Assembly: GCA_964016885.1 (NCBI GenBank) | Contig: OZ024740.1 | Span: 263,500,001 to 263,564,000, forward strand | DNA: 64,000 bases | DNA from: Eledone cirrhosa | Taxonomy: Eukaryota | Direction: 5' to 3' | In this document: piece by piece, positions 15,650 to 30,803 of the stretch | How positions within the stretch are numbered: the stretch's first letter is position 1 | Layout: the number at the start of each line of letters is the position of its first letter | Made by a program: the position numbers and the translations under genes | Notes under the pieces: model-generated | Told to the model about the DNA's origin: nothing | Database searches by the model: none | The model's input: the letters and a program-made list of their open reading frames with translations, nothing else

Positions 15650-15680
<31 letters not shown>

Positions 15681-15684
15681 CATA

Positions 15685-15718
<34 letters not shown>

Positions 15719-15749
15719 TATATATATATATATGAATATATATATATAC

Positions 15750-15786
<37 letters not shown>

Positions 15787-15833
15787 AAAATATATATATA
15801 TATATATATATACAGATACATAAGAATATATAC

Positions 15834-15993
<160 letters not shown>

Positions 15994-16018
15994 TTATGTA
16001 TATATATATATATATTCT

Positions 16019-16056
<38 letters not shown>

Positions 16057-16231
16057 TATGTATATATATATATTCATATGTATATTCATATACATATGGA
16101 TATATATATATTTATATATATCTTTATATATACATATGAATATATATATATATGTACATATGGATATATCATATATATATTTATAAACATATCAACATAT
16201 ATATAAAAATATATTTGTATATATATGAAAA

Positions 16232-16362
<131 letters not shown>

Positions 16363-16502
16363 TTATGTGTATGCGTTGCGTGTGAATACGTGCGCGTGTG
16401 GGTATTATACGTGTGTGCATGTGTGTGTGTGTGTGTGTTTGCTATAAAGAGAATGCGAATGTAATGTTACAATACCATCACGAGGGCACACACATAGCTT
16501 AC

Positions 16503-16591
16503 CTGGTGAGTATTTCAAGAGACGAAGTATAGATCACACCCCCAACATCAATATGCACGGGCGCTGAGCCCCTCCCAAACATCATCATCAT
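16503..16591 (-). CDS. Second, short exon encoding the same KCTD1/15 BTB N-terminal module (putative alternative first or mutually exclusive exon)
   Basis: Manual translation MMMMFGRGSAPVHIDVGGVIYTSSLEILT(R), then AG|GTAAGC donor at 16502 in the same phase as the long exon. In-frame TAG upstream at 16609-16607 (also a possible acceptor). Confidence 0.85.
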
Positions 16592-16841
16592 CGTTCTGGT
16601 CTTGATCTAAACGAACACCATTTTTACCACAGCACTATGTCTGTTGAGTGAATTGTGTGTGAGTAAGGTGGGGCACTTGATATGTTTGTGTATGTGTGTT
16701 CGTGCATGGCTGTATGTGTCTACGTGTTTACTTTTCAGATGATCAATATACATACACTCACACACATACACACACACACACATCTATCTATCTATATATA
16801 TATAAATATATATACACACACACACACGCACACGCACACAT

Positions 16842-16886
<45 letters not shown>

Positions 16887-17084
16887 TATATATACACACA
16901 CACACACGCACACACACACACACACATGTATATATACTTATATATATATATATTGTGCGTGTGTAATATACCAATATATGTGTATATATATATATATATG
17001 TATATATATTGTGCGTGTGTGTGTGGAATGGGAGGACCACAAATCAGGTTATTTCTCGAGACATGGTAGCTGGATGTCTGTGCG

Positions 17085-17149
<65 letters not shown>

Positions 17150-17708
17150 CGTAATGGACGCACCCAGAATTGCATATGATTGAAAGGATTTTTACGATAC
17201 CTAGTTAATTCTTCGTCTGAATGTATGTGTGAGTGAGTGCGTGTGTGTGTGTATGTGTAGGTGTATGGGTGTGTGTTTGTGTTTGTGTTTCTGAATAGGT
17301 GGTTTGTGCGAATGAGTATGTCAGTGAAATTGCGTGTGTGCACCATCGAATATTTGGAAAACCCGTCTGTATTCCTTTACTCAGATAATATATGTCTATC
17401 TATGTAGCTTAGTATCATTTGGTTGTAATTATGCATTTGTGTATCTGTGTGTATATGGGTGTTCTAGGGAGAAAACGGCTTTAAATCCAGGTACTAGCGC
17501 ACGCACGCCTGCGTGTGTACACACGCGCCAAATGGCGTATAAGTGTGTAAATGAGTACGTACATCGTATGCTGTTTTGTGTGTGTGTGCAAGTAAGCGAA
17601 TGGTGTGTACAGTATCTATCTATCTATCGATTTCCGTATGTGTGCGCTTGTAATTTTATGTTGGAAAGTAAATGGGGTATTTGATAGTTGTTGCGTTTTG
17701 TTGGTGTG

Positions 17709-17820
17709 AGAAGAAGAAGAAGAAGAAGAAGAAGAAGAAGAAGAAGAAGAAGAAGAAGAAGAAGAAGAAGAAGAAGAAGAAGAAGAAGAAGAAGAAGAAG
17801 AAGAAGAAGAAGAAGAAGAA
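17709..17820. repeat. (AAG)n trinucleotide repeat, about 37 units
   Basis: Direct inspection; source of the poly-K and poly-R ORFs. Confidence 0.97.
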
Positions 17821-18078
17821 TTACAGGGGAATGTATATTAACAACAATTTACCAGTCAAATCAAAAACCATTGAAGGAACAATCGAAATAAATAATACAA
17901 GGAACAGAAACTAGAATATAGAAGAGTAATAAAGAATCTGAAAGATATGATTAATAAAAAACATGAATAAATAATTGTTAATAAAACAAAGAAATATATA
18001 AAGTATAACAGGAAATATCACATCGCTTCATTCTTTCCGACCTCAAATTGGGAAAAATATATGATGAGTTTCACTTAC

Positions 18079-20347
18079 CTGGTGAGCGTTTCCAATGATG
18101 ATGTGTATATCACTCCACCTACGTCGATGTGTACAGGAGCTGTATAGCGGGTCGGCGTGGCTGGGCAAGGTACGCCGGAGATTTTCGTGAAGTGCCCGTT
18201 GTGAGTGACGGGCGACGAGGCCGAAGTTGTTGATGAGGACATAACCCTGCTGGCAGCGTTGGGTGACTCACAGGAAGAACTGCGGTAAACGCCGCCACCT
18301 CTATCAGCAGCCACTGTGAAGGCGGATAGGATACCCGTGCCGAGAGTCGGGGGTGGCGGATGCAGTGGTGGTGGGTGAAGGGGCGGCGCCGAAACCGTGA
18401 CGAGAGTCCTGCCGCCGGCCGATGCGTAGCCCACCAACGATGCGCACGCGGTGGGCGACAGAGATGAAGGCGGCGAAGACGATGACGAAGACGACGACAG
18501 AGACGGCGACGGCGACGACAGCGTCTGGCCCTGCTGCTGTCTGAGCGCCTGCTGCTGCTGCTGCTGCTGCTGTTGCTGCTGGTGGTGGTGGTGGTGGTGG
18601 CGGTGGCGGTGGTGGGGGTGATGCGGGTGGTGGGGGTGGTGGGGGTGGTGCGCGGAGGAAGGGGGCGGCGGAGGAGGCAGTTGATGCAAAGGTGGCGTCG
18701 TTGTCGTCGTCGTCGACGACGGCGGCGGCGGCGTCGACGTCGGCGACGTCGTCAGCGGCGACAACGATGAGACGAACGAGATTTGGGGCCGGTGTAAGAG
18801 CGGCAGATACGGGTGATGAGGGTGTGGTGGTGATGGCCCTGCGAGCTCCACGGCGACGCTGTTGTTATTACTACTAGTATAGTAGTTATTACTTATATGG
18901 TTGTAGCAGTTGTAATAGTTGTTGTTGTTGTCGTCGTTGTTGTTGTTGTTATAGTAATAGTAATAATAGTTGTTGTCGTTGTTGTTGTTGTTGTTGTTGT
19001 TGTTGCTGTTGTTGTTGTTGTTGTTGTTACTGTAGTTGGGTGACCAGACCCGTTCGATTATCTTCTTATGTTCAGGAGCGACCAAACTCACTTGTACAAC
19101 ACAGCACAGCAAAGATGGAGTAGGCGTCTGGCAACAGAGGCTATGTCGATAGAGGAGATGCCCGGGGCTCGCTTTGTCACGCTGATTACTACTACAGCAG
19201 CTGCTGCTGCTACTGCTGCTGATGATATTACCACCACCATCACTACTACCACCACCACTACAACTACTACTGTTTCCGCCACTAACACCAACTCCACTAG
19301 CAGCAACACCAGCGACACTAACACATCCGCCGCCGATAACACTACTACTGCTGCTACTGCTACTGCTAATGCTGCTGCTGCTACTACTACCACTACGATT
19401 TATAACACTGGTGTTGTTGTTATTACTGTTGGTATAATTGTTACTGCTATTACAGCTGCTGATTATAACATCGTCTCTTTTACCGCTACTACTAACAGCA
19501 ACACCACCACCACTATTTATATTACTACTACTACTACTACTACTACTACTTTTACCACTATTATTAGTACTACCACTGCAGTTACTAACAACAGCACTCT
19601 TAACTAGACTATTACAAATAGTATTGCTGTTGTTATTACCACAGCTCACACCACAACCATAACCACAACTACTACCACCACAACCAGCACCACCACTGAC
19701 AGCACCACTATCAGCGATTATACTATTAATGCTACTAATGTAATTAATAGCACTGCTACTATTATGATTACTACTAGTGTTACTACTACTGTGAACACTA
19801 GTTCCGGTAGGAAATCCTACACCTATATCACCAACTCCGAAACCACCGTTGCCAACAGCACCACCACAAATGCAAGCACCGACTACACCAGCGCCACCAG
19901 TAATGAGACGCGTACAATAGCAAGTAGTTCTGCTATTACTACTACCGACACCAATGCCAGCAATACCACCGATACTACTACTACTGCTAGTATTGTTACT
20001 GCAACAACCGCAGAAAGAGTAAGGATGTAGATACGGAGAAGACAAATGATTTTGAGACGTAGAAGTTGAAAGAACTCCGAAAGAACTCCCTACACCTACA
20101 CCGCCGACAGCAAGTTCTCCCCCGATATCATCTACAATACCAACACTACCACTAGCAGCACCACCATCAACGGCACAAATACTATTGGCATGTCCACCAA
20201 GACCACCACCAATACCACCACCAATACCACCAACACAAACACTACTTTCTAATTCGTTCCTGCTATTGGAGAAGAAACTGAGAGAAGCGCCTTCGCCAAC
20301 TATATTCCTTGCCAAGCGCGGAATCAATCTGCTTGGAAACTGGTTCC
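18079..20347 (-). CDS. Large coding exon of a KCTD1/KCTD15 (Tiwaz-like) BTB/POZ protein: low-complexity N-terminal region plus start of the BTB domain
   Basis: Stop-free frame across 2269 nt ending ...GVPCPATPTRYTAPVHIDVGGVIYTSSLETLT(R), matching the KCTD1/15 BTB start (APVHIDVGGxxYTSSLxTLT). Polypyrimidine tract + CAG acceptor at 20348-20350; AG|GTAAGT donor at 18078 (phase 2). The ORF-track start is a TTG; the only in-frame ATG is at 18242. Confidence 0.88.
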
Positions 20348-20421
20348 CTGAGGAAAGAAAAATGAATGAAAAGAAAAAAAAAATAGTTATGGAGTATGAA
20401 AGAGAGTGAAAAATTAATCAT

Positions 20422-20486
<65 letters not shown>

Positions 20487-21644
20487 CTTAGCCACGAAAT
20501 ATATTTTTTATTTCATTTTCTTTTATTTCTCGTGTTTAAACATTTATTTTCATGGTTTTACGTACAACTTAAGCAAGATTTTGTGGCATTCATGCGTATT
20601 TTGATATTTTGGAAACATACTTTCTCTTTCATAAATAACGGAAATAACAGATTAAAAAAAAGGAATATATAGCAAGGTCAAAAAGTAATGTTTATCGAAT
20701 AGTTTATGTCTGTGTTGAGGAGGATATATTCATTTATTAATATGAACTTCTGCCAGTGCACAAATTATTATTTTCTGATATTCATTCGCGTTCTTATTAA
20801 CCAATACATGCATCGAGAACAGATGTATCGAATAAGTCTCATGAAGAAGGGAAGTATAAAAGGCCGCTGAAGTCAAATTCGACTTTCCATGTTCCGGGTG
20901 TTCCAGGGTCGAGAAAACCGAATCCATTCAAGTGCTACGTCGATGATACTCACAAGCAGCAGTAAAATAAGTCTCCTTGTGCTTATTTGAGATATTATTC
21001 GATAATTAGTGTTATTTGTGGGTCAATATTTAAGAGTTACGATCAACTATTAGCAGGTGCGAGGGGGCTGATAAGATTGATTATACTACTCAAAACTTAT
21101 GGAATGATGGATTTGTCTCTGAATTCTTTTGCAGAAAATAGGGGGCGATGTTTTACGGATGGGAGTTGGGATTGATTAAATCGACTATACTACACACGAC
21201 TCATAGAATGATGGGCTTGTAACTGCCTTTGAATTCCTTGCCGTAAAAGAAGGGTTGATGTCTTACGGCATTTGTTTAGGCATTCCGCATTCTGATTTCA
21301 AATCCTGTAGAATCAATGTTACCTTCATCATAAGTCAATAAAAAAAAAGTATCAATCTTGGGTAAAATTAATAGAGAAATACTTTGCCAAAACTTCTGAT
21401 ATTGTGCCTATGTTACGAGTTATTATACATAAAGTAGGTTTAGCGCAAAACATATAATGACGCCTCGATATTTTGGCACCTGTTTAGTTCTACAAGGACC
21501 TTAAAGAGACGGCAGACTTCAGAGTATGTGTGGAGTGTCCAATAAAGACTACTATTGATATATTCTCTTCGAGATTTATTTCAGTTATTGTATTATCGAA
21601 CCAAATGATCCCAGGACAACTGTGATTATAATTTTGTGCATTTA

Positions 21645-22360
21645 TAGGATCGGTAGAGCGTCGAAAAAAGGCTACATGCTATTTAATACGAGATTTTAAG
21701 TTTTGAGTCTAAATACGTCGACATTAGCTTCGCCTTTCATCCTTACGAGATGTATAAAATAAAGTACCAGTAACGTACTGGGTGGACTTAATCGATTTTA
21801 TCCTACTCTTCACATTGCTGGCCTTGTACTATATGTAGAAAAAATTATTAATATTCTTGATGTTTTTTGTTTTACTGTTGTCATTATCATTATTGTTATT
21901 ATTATTATTATTATTAATTGTCCTTATCATGGCAGTGGATTACCAGTATCCGTACAACGTCGGACCACATGTATTGAATCATATACGTACGGACATGAGC
22001 TCCAATCCTGCCGGTGTTAGCTTTGCCTTACATCCTTACGGGGTCGATAAAATAAAGCCCCTGTAATGCACTGGGTCAATTTAATCGACTTCCCTCTCCA
22101 CCCAAACTGCTGGCCTTGTGCCTATAGTATAAATCATTATTATTATTATTATTAGTAGTAGTAGTAGTAGTACTAGTAGTAGTAGTAGAAGTAGTAGTAT
22201 CGGTAGAGGGTCACACGTCATGCTTTGATGCATAGAGTTACGGCCCTTGCCATTCTGAGATCAAATCCCGCCGTGATTAACTTTGCCTTTCATCCTTACG
22301 GGGTCGATAAAATAAAGTACCAGTAATGTACTGGCTTTGTGCCAAAAGTAGAAACAATTA
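21645..22360 (+). mobile_element. Cluster of three head-to-tail SINE copies (~21645-21845, ~21930-22140, ~22195-22360)
   Basis: Each has the catccttacg..ataaaataaag core and a gcc/gct-ttgt 3' part; separated by (ATT)n/(AGT)n tails. Confidence 0.85.
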
Positions 22361-22727
22361 GTATTACTATTATTATTATTGTTTAAGATTGAAGTGTAAA
22401 TCGTGTGTTGTAATCTTAATCCAAGCAACCTGAAAACAATGATTGAAGTTCAGAAAAAGTTAAGTATAATAATCAACGAGTAATTAAATACTAACAAATC
22501 TATTATTGCGTATAGCATAATGTATTATAATTCGAAGTGTTATTGATTATAGTGAAATGATGGAAATATGACTAAGTATTCATTCGTATCAACAAGAGAC
22601 ATGAAACGAAATAGAGGAGCACAGCAAAAATAAAGGACACATGCAAATACTCCTGTAGTTGCCATAAGTATTGTTTTCATTTCATACAGATCAATGACGC
22701 TCAATCTCCCCCCCCCCTCTCTCTCTC

Positions 22728-22807
<80 letters not shown>

Positions 22808-22860
22808 TATATACATATATATATACATATATACATATATATATACATATATACATATAT

Positions 22861-22989
<129 letters not shown>

Positions 22990-23506
22990 TTTGTATATAT
23001 GTAAATACGTGCATACACATACACAAACATGGGGCACAGAACCTATCTATCTATCTATCTATATATGGGGGGGGGGTGTATACATATATACACGCGCAAA
23101 TATATATGTGTGTGTGTAGTAGTAGTAGTATTATAATTAGTAGTAATAGTAGTAGTAGTAGTAGTAGTATAAGCAACATAGTCAGGACGTGTAGGATACT
23201 ATGTTTTGCAGTATTCGTTCGCCTCTCTGAGTTCAAATTCCGCCAATGTCAACATTGAAGTTCAGGCTTTCGAGTCGACAGAAACGATTCTGGTTCACAG
23301 CTGGCGTTAATTATTCATCTTTCTCATTATCGATGTGACATTCACACTATCTGTCTCCAAAAGAAATCGGTAGTGTTCAATCATAGAGACATTATGTTTA
23401 GCTGGGTTGAAAGTTCCCTAAACGCACCGTTTGTCACTATTCATGTAAGTACGACTCACAAGTTTTAAGTATCCACAGAACCACTAATACATACACACAC
23501 ACATAC

Positions 23507-23599
<93 letters not shown>

Positions 23600-23676
23600 C
23601 ATGTGCATGTATATATACAAACATATATATACATATATACATATATATAATTATATATGCATGCATATATTTATAT

Positions 23677-23708
<32 letters not shown>

Positions 23709-23772
23709 GCACATCTATACGTACATGGATATACATATAAATACTTATGTATATGTATATATTGAAAATGTG

Positions 23773-24007
<235 letters not shown>

Positions 24008-24008
24008 G

Positions 24009-24046
<38 letters not shown>

Positions 24047-24161
24047 AACTTAAAACCAAAACTGAAAAATAACCAATACTATTACTAATTTTTACTTATT
24101 CCTAATTAAACTATTTTTCACTGGGAACAATTTGTCAGCATTTTCTCATCCATTTACCAAT

Positions 24162-24217
<56 letters not shown>

Positions 24218-24499
24218 TTATATATATACTGTATATGTATATATATGTATATATATATATATTTTATATATATATATATTCATACACACACACACATGTA
24301 TACATATACGATTATATATATCTATATATATATATATTGTAAATATATATATATATATATATAACTTCATATATATGTAATCATATATGTGTGTGTGTGC
24401 GTGTGTGTGCATATGTATATACAGAGTCTGCGAACTGAGTCCGAGGAAAACACTTGGCGCAGCGGAGGGGATTTTACATATCTCCATATATACATATGC

Positions 24500-24542
<43 letters not shown>

Positions 24543-24547
<5 letters not shown>

Positions 24548-24723
24548 AAGAGGGATGGATTTAATTATGTCTCATATAAAATAATACAACTGGCTATCCT
24601 TAAAATACGTATAGTTAGCACCACAAACGTATAATTGGGATTATACTAAGGTATATCCTAATGTTTGTTGGGTGAGACAGAAGTCGGTCGAATTATTGCT
24701 TAAAGCTTTCTCTGTTAATGTAC

Positions 24724-24725
<2 letters not shown>
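24543..24725. mobile_element. (TA)n-embedded ~180-bp interspersed repeat, family B, copy 1
   Basis: Reverse complement of 53661-53835 (e.g. ggtatatcctaatgtttgttg / caacaaacattaggatatacc; aaagctttctctgttaatgta / tacattaacagagaaagcttt). Confidence 0.8.
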
Positions 24726-24790
<65 letters not shown>

Positions 24791-24904
24791 GTATCTATAT
24801 ATATGCATATATATATATAAATATATACATCGATGAATATATGCATATATATATATACATATATACATATATATCCATATCAAAATATATAAATATACAT
24901 ATAT

Positions 24905-24972
<68 letters not shown>

Positions 24973-25018
24973 GTATATACACACATATATATATGTATAT
25001 ATATATATGCTTTTCATT

Positions 25019-25084
<66 letters not shown>

Positions 25085-25111
25085 TATATATGAATATATA
25101 TGCATATATTG

Positions 25112-25148
<37 letters not shown>

Positions 25149-25164
25149 TATATATATATATATA

Positions 25165-25255
<91 letters not shown>

Positions 25256-25415
25256 CGTTTGACTGATGCATTGTTTTATTGGCCCCTGTTAGCATAAATC
25301 TCATAGATGACTTTCGCAGTATGCGAACTGCTTTCGACTTCATCCTCAAGTCTCAGGAAGCTCCCTTTCTTCCTTTCTCTTCCATTCATTCTCCCCCATC
25401 CTATCACACACACAC

Positions 25416-25455
<40 letters not shown>

Positions 25456-25573
25456 CACACACTCATATGAATAGCGATTGATAGATAAAGGCATATAGAT
25501 ATCTTCTGATAAAGAAATAGTTTCAGAAACCAGAAAGATCTTTTCGTCTTGTAATATGAACATCCCCAAGTAT

Positions 25574-25619
<46 letters not shown>

Positions 25620-25754
25620 TATTAATATAACAATGAAAACACTAACAAAGTAAATATATTTTACATATTCATATGTCATTTTTAAATGATCGTTACGGAG
25701 GGTTGATCATAGTGACCCTACCTCGAAGGGTTGATCACATTCAATATATATATA

Positions 25755-25794
<40 letters not shown>

Positions 25795-26044
25795 CATATA
25801 TACAAGTATATGTGTATATATATATATACATATATATATATCTACTTATATATATATATATATATATATACATATATCTATATACATATATATACATACA
25901 TACATATATATACATACATACTTATATATATATATATACACACACGCATATATACATATATTTGGTGTAGGGTTCTTGTATATTTGATATATATTTATCC
26001 TTATCGAGTCATCTTTGGATTTTAGTCTTCACATTTATTATTAT

Positions 26045-26084
<40 letters not shown>

Positions 26085-26123
26085 GCGCGCGCGCACACAC
26101 ACACACACATATATATATATATA

Positions 26124-26313
26124 ATTGTTTCTACTTTTGGCACAAGGCCAGCAATTATCCAGTGTATTACTGCTACTTTATTTTATCGACCCCGTAAGGA
26201 TGAAAGACAAAGTTAACCTCGGCGGGATTTGAACTCAGAATGGCAAGGGCCGTAACTCCATGCGTCAAAGCATGGCGTCCGACCCTCAACCGATACTGCC
26301 AATCTACCGCCCT
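26124..26313 (-). mobile_element. tRNA-derived SINE, full length
   Basis: Reverse complement of the SINE consensus from agggcggt to agaaacaat. Confidence 0.92.
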
Positions 26314-26479
26314 TATTATTATATATATATAATAGCAATAAATATGAAGACTAAAATGCGAAGATCCCGTTAAGGGGGAAACCAGCGATTGTTTGCTTAA
26401 ACTTGAAAGTGTTATTTTCATATATATAGATATATCTCTCTCTCTATATATATATATATATATACATATATACATTTAT

Positions 26480-26587
<108 letters not shown>

Positions 26588-26607
26588 TATTCATTTATTT
26601 ATTTATG

Positions 26608-26671
<64 letters not shown>

Positions 26672-26844
26672 TATATACTTATATAGATCTATGTATGTGT
26701 GTGAGTGTGTGTTTGCGGCGTGTTTGCGTGTCTGTGTAATTCTATCATAATTATAGTTATGCATAACGAAACGAAGTGACAACATTTAAATCCTGAACAG
26801 AAAACTAAATTGTAAAACGTAACGGCCTGATTGACAGTGTATAT

Positions 26845-26947
26845 ATTGTTTCTACTTTTGGCACAAGGCCAGCAATTCCTCAGTACATTACTGGTACTTT
26901 ATTTTATCGTCCCCGTAAGGATGAAAGGCAAAGTTAACCTTGGCGGG
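26845..26947 (-). mobile_element. 5'-truncated SINE
   Basis: SINE 3' half in reverse; gtatatattg duplicated on both sides. Confidence 0.88.
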
Positions 26948-27093
26948 TATATATTGACTGTGTATATATTGACAAGAAATATTACGTCGAAGAGAAACAT
27001 CAGAAACAGTGACAGAAAATATAAATATACATATTAAGTAAAATATGAAATTGGAATCAATACTTGTTTTGTTGGATACACATACCCTCCCCC

Positions 27094-27192
<99 letters not shown>

Positions 27193-27269
27193 AAATATAT
27201 ACATATATATACATTTACATATATACATATACATATATACATAAATACATATATACATAAATACATATA

Positions 27270-27344
<75 letters not shown>

Positions 27345-27679
27345 GTGTGTGTATATACATATATACATATATATACGAAACCGGGAGATTAGTTCTAAAG
27401 TCTGGCTTGTGGTCTTTAATACCCAGGGTATATTTATATGTATATATTTATGTAATAAAAAACATAAGATAATTTTTTTCATTTAACAATGGTTTCTCGA
27501 AGACAGATACTTATGTCTGTCTTTATCAGTTATTACATAAATAAAAAGCTCTGTAGCATACATAGAGCACTCTCTATTCCTTTACTTTTCCTACGGAAAT
27601 ACTTCATTTATATATATATAAATTTATATATATAAATATATAAATATAAATATATATATATATAATTATATAAATATAT

Positions 27680-28226
<547 letters not shown>

Positions 28227-28845
28227 CATATAACACCTTCACACACACATAATCATTTTGGTAACAAATGAGAACTATATGAAATGCCCCGTGACCTGAT
28301 TGGTATAATACCCATTTTCTGCTTAAATCTTAAATTCTCGCCCAAGAAAATGTTGTATGAGACAAATGACCCTAGATGAAGCCCTGTAAATTGTCTGTAG
28401 ATTGCCATGTCCCGTGTCGCATCACATTTAATCATAGTTTTGCTGAACGAAGTTTGACAAGGTTTATACAATTAGAGCATACACTCGCCGATTGATTAAG
28501 TGGTATTAATCACTGGAATCGGGAAATGCGGGGTGAAGCGTAGAAAGAGATTGTTGATCATACCAGCAAGAGTCAAGTAATTATTTCAGTCACTTATTTA
28601 TTTTATCGATTTCTCATTCATGTATTGCTATTTTACGGGACATAAAGCGAGTCTAAATTGTAATGCGGGATAGTGTGAAAAACACACACGTGTGCGTAGA
28701 TACAAATACATGCACAAGCGGGCACACGCACACACACAGTCATATAGCAATATACATGTACATATAATATACAAGTATATATGTATATATACAAAGATAA
28801 ATATATATATATATATGTGTCTGTGTGTTTGTGTGTGTGAATATA

Positions 28846-28907
<62 letters not shown>

Positions 28908-28950
28908 TATTTACGTATATATATTTAAACATATCTATATATACGTATAT

Positions 28951-29020
<70 letters not shown>

Positions 29021-29133
29021 ATATATATATATATGTATATATAAATATATATACATATATATACATACACATATATATATACATATTCATATTTACATAT
29101 ATATATTTAAACATATCTATATATACGTTTATC

Positions 29134-29169
<36 letters not shown>

Positions 29170-29192
29170 CATATATATATATATATATAATA

Positions 29193-29249
<57 letters not shown>

Positions 29250-29542
29250 ATTAATATATATGTGTGTGTGTATATATATATATATATAATATATCCATAA
29301 ATATATATATGTACATATATGCAGACACACAGACACATATATATATATATATAAATATATATATACATATATATATACATATATATACATATATACATAT
29401 ATACATATATATACATATATACATATATATACATATATATACATATATACATATATATACATATATATACATATATACATATATATATATAAACATATAT
29501 ATTATATATATATATACACATATATATATATATATATATGCA

Positions 29543-29576
<34 letters not shown>

Positions 29577-29739
29577 CATATATATATATACACACATATA
29601 TATATACACACATATATATATACACACATATATATATATACACACATATATATATACACACATATATATATACACACATATATATATACACACATATATA
29701 TATACACACATATATATATACACACACATATATATATAT

Positions 29740-29804
<65 letters not shown>

Positions 29805-29807
29805 TTC

Positions 29808-29838
<31 letters not shown>

Positions 29839-30098
29839 TATATATATATATTTTCGTACATATATGCGTGTGTGCGTGTGTGTGTGTGTGCAAAAAAGAA
29901 ACATAAATAAATTAGGAAACACACATTACAATGAGAAAAATTGAATTCCCTTAGTGTTTTCTACAAGAAGAAATGTGTTTTAACGTTTCGGAGACCAGTC
30001 GTTCGCTAGGAGAGATAGAACTAGAAATAAAAGATGAATTAGAAAAAGAGGGTATTTGAAATAAAGCTTGTGTGAAGTAACCCGGATGTACTCAGGCA

Positions 30099-30144
<46 letters not shown>

Positions 30145-30344
30145 TCTGAAGACGTAAAAGGCAAAATGCCTTTATGTTCGTATGTTATGCATTTTCCTAC
30201 TCATGTATGTCGAACACTTGCCTTGCTTCATATGTTTGTATATGGGCATGTGTGTATATGTGTGTGAATATATGCTTATATAGATATCCCTTAATTTTCA
30301 CTCAGAATCATATGTATATGTTTATTTATATATACACGTATATA

Positions 30345-30467
<123 letters not shown>

Positions 30468-30646
30468 GTATATATACATACATATAAATGTATATATACA
30501 TATATATATTAGAAAGTGAGGTTTTTTTTACAAAATGAAAAATAACCGAGGTGTCCTACACGATTGGAAGTATAAAGAAAAAGGGATGAAATCGAAAATG
30601 CAACTGAAGTCTTATTTTTTAAAAAAATATATATATTTATTTGGTT

Positions 30647-30684
30647 CCTCTACCGGTTTCGCAGTTCTTCTGCTTTTCAAAAGG
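30647..30684 (-). ncRNA. Decayed minimal hammerhead motif in a (TA)n-embedded element (~30510-30720)
   Basis: Minus strand CCTT-TTGAAAA-GCAG(aagaa)CTGC-GAAA-CCGG-TA-GAGG: all three stems present, palindromic CCGG stem III; core differs from CTGAAGA by two transitions. Confidence 0.55.
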
Positions 30685-30767
30685 TGAGTTGAGATGGAGG
30701 GTCTGTGGTTTTTCTCACATCCGTATATATATATATAAATGTATATATACACATATATATATAAATG

Positions 30768-30803
<36 letters not shown>

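Noticed and set aside
19086-19091. Internal GTGAGT donor within the long exon
   Set aside because: The frame stays open through it and there is no independent evidence of use.
18573-20409. Plus-strand and alternative-frame ORFs overlapping the long exon
   Set aside because: Shadow ORFs of trinucleotide-rich coding sequence.
25295-25365. Possible hammerhead (minus strand CTGA-GACTT..AAGTC-GAAA-GCAGT..ACTGC)
   Set aside because: Core truncated and cleavage triplet missing; at best a decayed remnant. Similarly weak matches near 27490-27535 and 29975-30015 were not called.
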